Shown here piece by piece: positions 41,241 to 53,901 of a DNA stretch of 64,000 nucleotides; within the stretch, counting starts at the first letter, position 1; the number at the start of each line of letters is the position of its first letter. The position numbers were made by a program, and so were the translations under genes. This DNA comes from Chrysomallon squamiferum (Eukaryota; Animalia; Mollusca), in the NCBI GenBank assembly GCA_012295275.1, contig CM022673.1, positions 5,146,001 through 5,210,000 on the forward strand, written 5' to 3'. The notes below the pieces were generated by a model. It saw only the letters and a list, made by a program, of their open reading frames with translations, was not told where the DNA came from and did not search any database.

Positions 41241-42693
41241 GGAATCTGAGTTAAGCTAGGTGCTGGCAAGAGAAAGCTAGTAAATGAAGATGAATGATAA
41301 GACTGATGACTGGTGTAAACTCTGGTTTATGTAAGCCACCAGCAGAGATCAAAGATCTGAGAGAAGTTTGACAAATCCACTTAACCCATGATTGATAAAT
41401 CACGATCAGATCAAAGTAGGATAAGAGAGATGGAAGTTTGATTTCTGTTGATGGCTGCTGTTGAATGGAATATTCTGAAAAAGCAGTGAGGTTACTGTTT
41501 CAACAAGATTATTTGACTTTTATATATATATACATATGTATGTATGCATACACATCCTCCCACATATATTTTTTTTTTTTTCCTTCTGCATATTGTTTGT
41601 GTCATGTTTCCCCCTCTGTTTCTTTTAAAATGTTTTTCCCAATATTTTTTTGACTTTTTTTTTTTTTCCCTCAGCTTTTGGAATATTGTGTCTTGTCAAA
41701 CTTTTTTAAACCCTTCCTTTTCAGGAACATTATTTTAAAGTTATTTTATTTATTATAGTGATTTTTTTTATTATTACTTTTTTATAATTCTTCAGTATCA
41801 AGATATTATATCTGGCAGATTAGTCATGTGCTCTTTAAAAATATTTTTCTTGAAAGGTTTTTACTTCCAAGTTATAGACTGTTATTTCTGGCATCATTTC
41901 TCTCAAGACTCAGAGAAATTATTTTTGGCTTCAGATTTTAAAACATTATTTCTTGAAAGCTTTTTCCCTTCATTTTCATGGCTGTTACTTGTACAATATA
42001 TTACAGTTAGTTTAGTTTTTAAGTACCAAGATATAAAAAAATATAATAAAATAAATAATAGTAATGATTAAAAAAATAATATGACAAATAATAAGAAAAA
42101 AATTCCACAGACAAAAATATTCCATTATTTAGAAATGCAGTAAAAGAAGAATTAAAACCCAGAATGAAAATCAAAATTTGTCTGGCTAAAACAGATATGG
42201 CAATTTTCCATACCAGCATCAGTGTCCATTTCACCTTGACCTTCTCAAACTCTGCTGAAAAAGTGACCAAATGATATTTCTAGAAATTCAGAATTAATTA
42301 AAAATCACACTTGAAGATGTTATAAGTGACCCTTGGTCTCAAGTGGCTGAAATGAATCTTGACCAGCACATGACAGAAATTCGATTACTTGACAGCACAG
42401 ACTGGTCATCATCCTAAACTGGACATCTCTCTCTGACTGTCTGTGGGTTGTCTATCTCTCACTCAGTAATGTAACAAACAAAACACAAAACCTCATCAGC
42501 TCAATAAAACAGTTTATTTAATTTTGTTATTATTTTAAACATTTTTTTTTTTTTTTTTTGTAGAAGAGGAATAAATGAAAAATGGGGAACAATATAAAAT
42601 AAACGAACAAATAAAAATAATAATAACAATAACAATAAATAATAATAATAATAATAATAATAATTATACTTAATAATAATAATCATAATAATC

Positions 42694-42730
<37 letters not shown>

Positions 42731-43869
42731 TAATAATAGTAATAATATTAACTGTAAAAATAAATGTAATTTACAATACAAACTAAATTAACAATTTTCT
42801 AATTATAAAAACTGATATAATAATTTTCTAATTATAAAAAAAAATTAAACAAGGGGATTACCAAAACACTTTTAAATAAAGTTAAAGATACCCATATTTT
42901 CTTAGTCAAAAAACAACAAAATAATGCAAACAAAATATCTACAATATTGATCATTTCCTTCAATATTAATTAATCTTTAAACAAAACGCAAGGCCACAGA
43001 GTAAAATATAATTCATCAATGTATTGATAGTGGTCTAACTTTCCCATGAGAAACGTAACACTAACAAAACAATACTTGATTATAAAAGTTAAACCGCTGT
43101 TTGCATTTACTGCATAATTCACAGAACTACATAATGATTAAAAAGGCCATTTATCATGGAAAAATATAATAAAAAACAAATATTATTATTATTATTAATT
43201 TTTTTTTTAAAACATTGGAAAATTAAAATTTTTAAATTATAAAAAAAAAAGAATGTGAATTGTTTTCACAACAATATAGGTGTTTAATTACACACATATA
43301 CACACATATATGTGTACATGTGTGTGTGTGTATACATATGTATGTATGTTTGTATATATATATATATATGTATTTTAGGATTTGAAAATTAAATGATAAT
43401 AATAAGAAAAATATTAATTTAAAAAATCTTCTAATTTTGAACTAATCAAGAAGTGACAATAATGAACCACACTGAATCACTCCACAGTTTAACAAACTCG
43501 TTACTAAATACTTCAAAAATCTTTTATCTTTTATACATCAGTTTAAAATTCAAAGTCAGTGTGTGACTGAATACTTCACACTAGACAGACACCACTGAAA
43601 ATTCACTGGCTAAATTAATCTATATATACTTGTGATGAATGACAAACATTTATATAAAAGGTCTGCAGAATGTCAAACATTGTAGAGTTCAACAGTAAAT
43701 AGACTGGGAGACAATGGTTTATTCTATCTTTCATAAAGAGACTGATCTTCTAACTGGAGAAAATTGTGTGAAAAATTACCTGAATATATCATTAAGACTG
43801 ACAATAAAGCTTAATATTTGCTAGATTAGTGATAATTGTATCTAGGTAGAATCAAGCTGTTAAATGGCT

Positions 43870-44870
43870 CATATCAAATAGTACTAACTGGATTCTTAAT
43901 ATTGACAGAATCATAATGTCAACCAGTATTAGCTAGATTCTCAAATTACACTGATACATTTGAAATGTCAAACAGTATTAGCTAGATTCTTAATGTCAAT
44001 GTTACGCTTGAAATGTCAAACAGTACTAGCTAGATTCTTAATGTCAATGTTACGCTTGAAATGTCAAACAGTACTAGCTAGATTCTTAATGTCAATGTTA
44101 CATTTGTAATGTCAAACAGTACTAGCTAGATTCTTAATATCACAATGTTACGCTTGAAATGTCAAACAGTATTAGCTAGATTCTTAATGTCACAATGTTA
44201 CATTTGTAATGTCAAACAGTACTAGCTAGATTCTTAATGTCAATGTTACATTTGTAATGTCAAACAGTACTAGCTAGATTCTTAATATCACAATGTTACG
44301 CTTGAAATGTCAAACAGTATTAGCTAGATTCTTAATGTCACAATGTTACATTTGTAATGTCAAACAGTATTAGCTAGATTCTTAATGTCACACTGTTACA
44401 TTTGTAATGTCAAACAGTATTAGCTAGATTCTTAATGTCACAATGTTACATTTGTAATGTCAAACAGTACTAGCTAGATTCTTAATATCACAATGTTACG
44501 CTTGAAATGTCAAACAGTATTAGCTAGATTCTTAATGTCACAATGTTACATTTGTAATGTCAAACAGTATTAGCTAGATTCTTAATGTCACAATGTTACA
44601 TTTGTAATGTCAAACAGTACTAGTTAGATTCTTAATATCACAATGTTACGCTTGAAATGTCAAACAGTATTAGCTAGATTCTTAATGTCACAATGTTACA
44701 TTTGTAATGTCAAACAGTATTAGCTAGATTCTTAATGTCACAATGTTACATTTGTAATGTCAAACAGTATTAGCTAGATTCTTAATGTCACAATGTTACA
44801 TTTGTAATGTCAAACAGTATTAGCTAGATTCTTAATGTCACATTGATGTGTTCATGTGTTCAAACAGTTT
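43870..44870. repeat. 48-50-bp minisatellite, ~18-20 copies
   Basis: Unit GTCAAACAGTATTAGCTAGATTCTTAATGTCACAATGTTACATTTGTAAT; near-identical head-to-tail copies without spacers. Confidence 0.97.
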
Positions 44871-45158
44871 TAGATTTAATCAAATATATCAAATCAATAT
44901 ACCAATAGGAGATGTGTAGATCTATTGAACCTCTGACATTTTTCAGCCTCTTATTGGTAGAAAGGTGTTTTGGCACAACTGTGTGATACTTCGGTCAACA
45001 TTTGTGCATTTTATGATATTAAAGATGGCGGAAGGTCAATTGGTATATAAAAGATAAAAAAAAATTTGATAGATTCAAGATGGTGGTTAGTGGGTTAATA
45101 TCTAGTTAGGTTTAAGATTAGATTCATATCTTTAGATTTTATTGGCTTTCAGGTGGAA

Positions 45159-45254
45159 TCAGTATAGCAATATATCATTTACTGGGACTGCAGTTTTTTC
45201 TTTGCCTTCTGTGAGTGCTCGGGCTGGATGGACGTAAACAGCAAAGGAAACATT
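45159..45254 (-). CDS. C7orf25: UPF0415 / C7orf25 homolog last coding exon
   Basis: NVSFAVYVHPARALTEGKEKTAVPVNDILLY*; HxxRALTE.KE is the conserved C-terminus; atttcag| acceptor. Confidence 0.9.
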   Translation of the reverse strand, partial: NVSFAVYVHPARALTEGKEKTAVPVNDILLY

Positions 45255-45307
45255 CTGAAATAATCAAAATGATTTTAATGAGATTTATGTATAAAATTTT
45301 AAATAAT

Positions 45308-45340
<33 letters not shown>

Positions 45341-46819
45341 TACAAGTTAATTAGCATAAAAAAACAATAACAAAAATAATAGTAATCAAAAATAATAAAT
45401 AAATAAATAAAAATAATAGTAATACAGATAAAAATAAATAAAATAAAAAAATATATATAAATAATAAAATAAATGAAAATTTAAAACATTCACTATAAAA
45501 ACCCCAAAAACACAGACACACATACATATTGTAACAACATGCTCACACACTTTAAATAAATTAAATAAATAATTTACCCTAGAACATATATGAAAACATA
45601 AACACATATCCATATATGTGTGATCTGTATTCATAAAAATCAGTCATAAAATAAACAAAAATAATGTATTTTATCCAAAAAAAATACCAATTAAATATAA
45701 ATTAAAAAACAAGAATCTTAAAACTAGGCAAAAAGAAACAATGACAACAATAACAACAACAACAACCACAGCAATAACTACAACAGCATGCACATGGCAA
45801 CAAAACAAAAGAACAAAAGACAAACAAAAATTCCATGCCTTCTAACAAATCAATACTTTCACACAATCACTGACAATAATAAACCCTGATGTTTTCAACT
45901 CCTTGTATGTATTACATCAAACTTTGTAAAATACGCAAGCAAATAAAACGCCATCATTTATGAAAATTTGGCATTCACATTAGATTGTGTATACCAGTAA
46001 TAATTTCTACACACTCCAATAACAGTTTCAGATAACTGAAACAATTGTTGTGGCAGTGCAATGAGGGAAACTAGTTGGACATCAGATACAGTTTGGCACT
46101 GTCTGACAAAATAATTTGTGACATATCTTAATTCTGAAAAAAAAAAAAAAAAAAAAAAATTTACCAATAACACAAATAGAATGTCATATTTGTGTTTGGC
46201 AGTATTGTGTTAAAACTGACTCATATTTTCAGAAATCGTATTCCCCTGATGGTCTCATTATTAGTGCTTGTCTTTATCCTTCATGCCAAGCTTAGTGAAA
46301 TAACCAAGCCTCACAAAAAAAAAAAAAAAGCTCATGGGAAATTTAATTCAATAATGCTACAGTATAAGAGAGCTGTTTACATAACACTACAGAACAGAGC
46401 AATAGGGTTTCACAACACAGCTTGAATATCAGGAAACTGTGGACTATTTCATGGTCTAAATTATTTGGCAGTTTTTGTTCAAAACTCATTATCTCTTTTT
46501 CAGTTCGGTTACGCTGACAAAAATATTAAATTTAATTGAAAACAATTCAGATATAAATATTTCTTTTCTTTTTGCTTTTATTTTAGAAACTAAAATTCTC
46601 TTTTTCTTTCTCTCTTTCTATCTCCCTGCCTTTCTCTTTCTCACCTCACTTTTTTCTCTTTCTTTCTCTCTCTCCCTTCCTGTTTCATCCTTCCTTTATC
46701 TCTTTTAAGCAGTTTCATATTCAACAGAACAAATTATAAATCATTTAAAAACAAAATGGCATTTGTTTTATTTCCCAACTAAACAAACTAATTTTCATCA
46801 AAATGTGACAAAGTCTTAC

Positions 46820-46900
46820 CTGTCCTTCAGCTGCTCTCACAAAGCCAGAGTTTGCAGTCATGGTAACGGCCTTAATACTGTCTCCGGTCCCAAAAATCAC
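46820..46900 (-). CDS. C7orf25: UPF0415 / C7orf25 homolog exon
   Basis: [27 protein letters not shown]; tttcag| ... CAG|GTAAGA. Confidence 0.93.
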
Positions 46901-47086
46901 CTGAAAAATGAGCAGGTAAGACAAAATCATGTAGAGCTGGAAATCCTAAATCTAGTTTTTAACACTTCTGAAAACATAAGGTACCAACTAATGTTCTTGA
47001 TTAACAAAATGTTATAAATCTGAACTGTTTTTCAGATTATAACTATATCAACATAAACAAAATGTTGTTATGTGAAAATTAATCAG

Positions 47087-47122
<36 letters not shown>

Positions 47123-48096
47123 AGAAGAAAACAGAAAAAAGAAAAGAAAATGAAAAGAAGAGAAAAAAAAGAGTTATTGATTGACTGAATTGAACTGAAA
47201 AAAGATCAGGATAATAATATTTAAATTAAAATTTAAACCCCCCCACCTTAACTTCCTTGATAATTAACACCAAACTCAAATAAAATTTATTATACAAAAA
47301 TAAAATATAAAAATAGAATAATTAAAAATAATATTTTTTTTTTTTTTTAAATCTAATTATTTTTAAGCACACTTTCAATGTATCTTCATTAACCTGACAT
47401 TACAAATAACTAATAAAAATAATTAATTAAAAAGCCCTTTAAGAAAACTAAAACACAAAACAAACAGAACTTGATAACTGTGATATATATTTATATGTAT
47501 TTTATTTCCTATCAAAATAAATCTATCATTATTAAAAGTCTGTTCACAAGTAATAAGACACCTTTATTCTCCACAAATCCATAACCAATCAAACAGAAGA
47601 TAGGATAATAATATTCTTAAAAAAAAAAATTTCAAAAATTAAATCTCAGTACAGAAAATACTGTGGAAATGTATATTCTGGTACAGCAGGCAAGATCATA
47701 ATGACTAATATTGGGAAAAAGTGTTTTGTCCAAAACAATAAGTAAAAATACACCATGATTAACAACAGCAACGACAAAAATAATAAGAATTAAACAATAG
47801 TAATAATAATGTTAACAATTTCCAACTAATTTTCTTTTTTCATTTCTGAATGGTTTATTTTTGACATGCTTTGTACAAGATCTCTTTTCTTTGATTTCAG
47901 AAGTATAGACATAAGTAACTGTCACAATAAAAAACAATTTCCCTTTAAGGGCTTCCCATGGTACAAAAATGGAAACATTTTATGTAATAAAATTGGATAA
48001 CCATAACAATTAGAATAATGTTGATGATTTCTGATAAACATTATTTTGTCATTTTTTCACTGATTATATTTTCAACATTTTAATCTTAGACTATGT

Positions 48097-48099
<3 letters not shown>

Positions 48100-48166
<67 letters not shown>
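48100..48166. repeat. (AC)n microsatellite
   Basis: Directly visible. Confidence 0.95.
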
Positions 48167-48171
<5 letters not shown>

Positions 48172-48703
48172 AACCTCCACTTTATTTTTCCAGTGATTTT
48201 TCTTATTCAACCATTACATTGACATCAATCTCTTTATTTATCATCTATTTCGGGAAAGACAAAGACATCAATGATAATCAGCAATAATAACAACAATGAT
48301 GATGTTCTGACACACCACTGACACTGTAAACAGGAGGGATGTCAATGGGACTGAGAAACAAATCAAGTTTGTTTTAATAAGACAGATTTATTGTAATGTT
48401 GACTGAATATTGTTAGTTTTAATGATGAGGGGTCAGATGAACAAAAACATTCGGAAATTGCAAAATGGTCTGGTTAACCCTTTGGACACTTAAGACTGTA
48501 GGGAAAACTAATAGAGAAGTGTGCTTACTTGAAAAACTGATTTAGTTTTTTGCCAATCATTACTTACTTATTTACTTAGTTTTTCTAATATTATTTAGTT
48601 AATAACTTACACATACACATGCACATATGCACAAACATACACAGAGACATACTCAAATATTCTCACACAGACACACTGAAACACTCTCTCAAATTCCATC
48701 ATT

Positions 48704-48706
<3 letters not shown>

Positions 48707-48766
<60 letters not shown>
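48707..48766. repeat. (TC)n microsatellite
   Basis: Directly visible. Confidence 0.95.
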
Positions 48767-48771
<5 letters not shown>

Positions 48772-48924
48772 CAATCTTGTCTCACTCATCTTGTATTACA
48801 AATCACAGCTGTTTAACAATTTAATATTCATTCAAAATTCATCTATTTCTTTCCTAGACACATTCAGATTCCCATCTATCTGTCCAAGTTAGATCTCTAA
48901 TTAACAGCACAGATTCTCCCTCAT

Positions 48925-49330
48925 ATATTTTAACAAATAGCAGGCTATTACATTCCACTGTCTGGAATGGAAATCAGACATCTAAATAGCATCAAGGATT
49001 CTTTTACAAAAGCTGTGGTTATCAGATTTCACTGTCTGGAAACAGAAAGTGGAAGTGTAATCTCTTTTTTAACAAAAGACAGACTGTTTGATCTGATCTC
49101 TCTCTGTAGAATTCAAAATATAAGCTAAAGATCTTTTTTAAGAAAACACAAAATACTGGATCCTTAGAATTGAAAAAAAATGAAGCCTAATTTTAGTTCT
49201 AGTTGAGTTTTTTTTTTTTAAACAAAAAGTTGACTATTTGATCTGTCTGTACTGAATAGAAATTAGAAGAAGCCTGATTTTTTTTTAACTTTTACAAAAG
49301 ATAGGCTATTGGATCCCACTGTCTGAAATA
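48925..49330. repeat. Degenerate ~70-bp tandem repeat
   Basis: Recurrent tttt(a)acaaaag..gctatt..atccactgtctg(g)aa blocks. Confidence 0.55.
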
Positions 49331-51010
49331 GGTGGCAGAGAAACCAAAGATGAAAAACAATCTTCTGAGTCACTGTGACCTAACCTATCACATCTAAGAT
49401 GTATGAACACGAACACTAAACCAGCATTTTAAGTCTTTATCAGACTGTTCACATTTCTGCCAGCACCCAGTGTCTCCCTCCCAGCTAGAATGGGAAATAT
49501 TACTCAAAGACTCATTTGTTTTGTTTACACAACTCTTCAGCTTTGCTTACTCTGACATCGTTTAGTGAGAATTATGTGATGGTGTGTTTGTAATAGTGAT
49601 CTCTAGAGCCAAGTAACTTGATGGTGTTCAAACAATTACTGTGTCTGTGTTGATCTTCTGGTATGAGGTGTACTCTGTGGGTTTATATCCTATATTTTTG
49701 TTTTTTTTCATATCTACAGTAATTTATAGTATGTTGTAGGTGTTGTGTGTGTGCAGCAGCAGTAATTTTTTTTTTCTTCTTCTAGAATGACGAAAAGCTT
49801 AGAATAATAGTATTAAAGTTATTTAAGTGCAAAACAGGTTTTAAAAAGAAATGTTATATTTTGAGAGAGAGAGAGAGAGACACAGACAGCAATATTTAAA
49901 ACATGAAATCCTCAATGAAACTTGCTGATTTCATATCCTTGTGTTAACTTAGATTTAATTCTTCTATTATGCAACACTTGATGAAATTAAAATAAAAAAA
50001 TGTGTATAAAGGAAATGCTTGTATTGTTCATAATATACACGTGCCGTATACTCTTGACATTTCAGTGATGATCAAATAAAATGATGTTCCGCTGTTTTGC
50101 AGCAAAAGAATGAAGCTGTTGCAGTATTCAGTTTCAGGCTCCATGAAGCATGAAACTGTGTCTACTAACTTCTCCACTCACTGAGTGGAGTTGCATGTTG
50201 TAGGTACTCGCATCAGTGGACTGCTTCATTAAGCAGTTGAACACAATAGCCAATTTGTTTGGCAAGTGAACCAAACATTCTTGGTACGTTACTGAATAAA
50301 TAAATAAATAAATAAAATAATTAAAAAAATAAAAATAAAAATAAAAGAAGTTAAAAGGTGTGTTTGTATATATGTATGCAGGTATGTGTACTGGTGCGTG
50401 CAGATATGTATTTGTTTATACAAGATTTACATAAATAGGTGGGTGTATGTGTGTGTGTATGTTTACACTCGTACTCAAGCATCTCACTAAATGTCGAGTG
50501 TTAACAAACAGACACACCACTATACTGACAAACACTAAAAAAAAAAACATTACCAAGCACTGTTTTAGCACAGTAAACTCAAAGCAGAACACTTGACAGT
50601 CCCATGTAGCACACAAACATGCATTTTCCATCAAACTTCGGGGAATACTTGATAAACTTTTACAGCCTTTGACAAAAACATGCTTGTAACTTTTTCAAGA
50701 TGTGTAAACAAACAACACAAATACTGCAATAATGTGTTGGATCTATTAACCAACTTGAGCTGTTTTGGCAAAATCTGTTTATCTCTAATTAAGACAGGCA
50801 AACATGTGTGCAGTTTCGTATGTGGCAGATGGGGGCTTAATGATTTTGTTTACTCATGCAGGTATGCGTACACAAATACACGTCATACCTGCCGGCATTT
50901 GCAGGTGTTGTATTTATTACATTTTTTTTTTTTTTGATATTATTATTATTATTTTTTTAAAGTTTAATGAACTTTGTTAAGTTTATTAATCAATTATTTT
51001 TAAAAATGTG

Positions 51011-51045
<35 letters not shown>

Positions 51046-51435
51046 TGTTCCATGACAGCATGCAAACCTAATTTACATTTATTATTAGTTAAAAAAATAT
51101 ATATATATATAATAAAAAATAATAATAAAATGAAATAAAGTAAATAAATAAAATAAAATAAATTAAAATAAAATGAAATAAAACAAAATGAAATAAAATA
51201 AAATAAAATAAAATAAAATAAAATAAAATAAAAATAAATTTAAAATAATAAAATAAAAATCCACTATGTGACTATTGAGATACTCTGCATGAATAACTCA
51301 CTGGTTAATCATACTCAAATATTAAAAATATTACTTAAAGGATTCCTCTGAAACAAATTTACATTGGTTTTCTATTTATTTTATTTTTTATTTTAGTTCC
51401 AGTTACCATGTGATTCTGAACATGAAATGAATTAA

Positions 51436-51963
51436 GGGGACACGTGGGGAAAATAAAAAATAATAATTTTTTATGATACAGAATTGAAAATGCATGGAAA
51501 TAATCCCCTTTTGTTATGATAAAAATGTAGTACTAGTTTATTTTTTTATGACAAATGATGTTGAAATGGTTACTTTTATTTTTGGCCTATTTCATGAACT
51601 AATATATCTATATATATATATATATATTTCAAACAGCTGGGTCTCATCAAAGTCTTGTACTTCTACAAAATAACAGAAAGAAATTAGTTTTTGTTTACGT
51701 ACTTCAAAAGAAATACTGTAAAAAAATATATAAAAAATTATTTATTTCATTAGTATTTTGAAATAGCAGAAAGTTGTATAAAGGTTATATGAAAAGAATA
51801 TGCATCATTATTATATAATTTGGGTACATGCACTTCCTTTTGCAAAATACCTGAAACATTTAAGTATTCTTTTTCATGTACATTTTCTAAAAAGTCATGT
51901 CAAAAACTAAAAAAAACAATTTTGTTTATTAACATTTTGTCATTTTTTGGCTAGTGGGTCCCC
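51436..51963. mobile_element. TTAA-flanked non-autonomous DNA transposon (Kolobok-like)
   Basis: TTAA|GGGGAC ... GTCCCC|TTAA: short inverted termini starting with purines and a TTAA target duplication. Confidence 0.55.
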
Positions 51964-52583
51964 TTAACTTAAATATAGCAAATGATATAATAAATAAATA
52001 GAATAAAATAAAATAAAAGTTTCACTGATGTCTATTTTATTATTCAGTTTGTTTTAAATTTGTCTAGGAGACATAACCTATTTGTGAACTCAGGATGAAT
52101 CAGCTGCAGCTAGCAATCCAAATGTCTGATCAAATCAGAGGAAAACAGCTTCGACTTTTTGTCAGTTGAGCTTTAAACTAAAAATAACAGACTTTTTTAT
52201 TTCCTTTTTTTCTTCTATATTTAGCTAAATAACTATATATAAAGTCAGATCTTCCATTTTTCAACAAACCAGGGACCTCGTACACCAGCCCAAATGAAAT
52301 GCCACGAAAACAGCTTTGATCATATCTCAGATGTGTTTTAAATATTACCAACAAACATTTTATCAAACTTCATCTAAATAACTGTATATAAGTTAAACCT
52401 TTTTACTGACAATAAACAAACATACATACACTGCAATTTAAAAAAGATAAAGCAGTAAAAATTTTGAAATTTTCATTAGTTTGAACAGCACTGATATAAA
52501 ATATTTTTAGAAAAATGTTTCTTAAATAACTAAAATCAACCTTCATTTACAATGTATCAGTGACAAATTATATCTCAAATTCG

Positions 52584-52615
<32 letters not shown>

Positions 52616-52793
52616 TCTTAATTCTTTCTTAATAACACCATACTTAGACTTCAGTTTTTATTGATTCCAGCAATGAATCAATAAACACTGAAGTCTAATC
52701 CAAATCAAAAAAAAAAAACGCCCAAAAACAAAAAACCTGCTAGATTAAAAACATTTAATTCAAAATAATTAAAAAAAAAAAAAAATCATGTAC

Positions 52794-52978
52794 CTTTGAT
52801 CTTTCCTTAATCCTGCCATATTTTTTCAGAGCGACAGATCTTTTGGAAGGATTGTCACTGACAACAGTGACTGATGTCAGAAGCTGTGAGGCTCGAAGTC
52901 TCTCCTGTGGTCCTCCAAGAGTGTCCAGGATTGTCTGGAAGTCCTTTATAGCCGTTTCACAAGCAAACAGCTTCTTGC
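52794..52978 (-). CDS. C7orf25: UPF0415 / C7orf25 homolog exon
   Basis: GKKLFACETAIKDFQTILDTLGGPQERLRASQLLTSVTVVSDNPSKRS..IKERSK; ttacag| ... AAG|GTACAT. Confidence 0.92.
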
Positions 52979-53480
52979 CTGTAACGTAAAAGAAAAATTT
53001 GATTATTTCTCTTGTTTAAGAAAATCTTATATACATGTTATTTTATATATATTTTTTTAAATGAAGGAAATAAATAAACATTAGTTAACATGACAGGATA
53101 TGTGTGACAGAAAAAAAAGAAGAGATAAATATTTTTTTCAATACAATTATTTTTAGTTTTTTTTATATTTCATAAATAATTTACAGTTACTCTATTGTTT
53201 ATTCATGTCTTGATGTCATTAGTGCTGATGAATAAAAATAATGATTTGTAAATATTTCTTGTTTTTTCTTTTTCTAATATGAACTTTTTTTTTTTAATAT
53301 AGCACCATAAAAAAAAAAAAAATGAACTGTAATGTGTGTTCTTTTCAAAAGGTTAAAGATTTTAATTTTTATATATATACCAGTAAGAACTTGAAAAATT
53401 AGAAAATTCTTTACTGACTAATCATAAAAGTTGTAAATAATGAAGTTTTAAACAAAAGATGAAACATTTTTCTTTTTTTT

Positions 53481-53520
<40 letters not shown>

Positions 53521-53870
53521 GAAAAAGGATATGATAAAAGAAGAAAGAGAGAGTGAGAAGACATCCACATATAATTAAATTTTCAAAATAGATGCAAAAT
53601 TTACCAAATTACAGTGTTCTGGCAGATTTGTATGGGGGGCAAACTATTAAATCGTTATCAGTATTTCAGTAACCACAGCCTGGGAGAGCAAGATTAGCAG
53701 CAACCAAACATTCTAATCACTTACTTTCTTCTAGATCTCATTATCTTCACAATTACTTTGCTGTTATTACGAAACTCGTAAAACACATTGCCTATACAAT
53801 GTCTTCAGAATGTCTCAAAAAAAAAATAAAAATAAAAATAAAAATAATAAAAAAAATTAAAATTAATAAA

Positions 53871-53901
<31 letters not shown>

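Noticed and set aside
41250-42420. Possible decayed protein kinase (KLGAG...V, MEYSEK, ITLEDVISDPW on the plus strand)
   Set aside because: The spacing is suggestive, but no VAIK, HRD, DFG or APE motifs are recognisable, there are many stops and the middle is low-complexity. Not distinguishable from chance without a frameshift-aware profile search.
43870-44870. CRISPR-like regular array
   Set aside because: Head-to-tail units with no unique spacers, no cas genes, eukaryotic context.
50066-50185. C/D-box snoRNA (GTGATGA ... CTGA)
   Set aside because: Boxes are on the strand opposite the host gene, with no convincing terminal stem and no recognisable guide.
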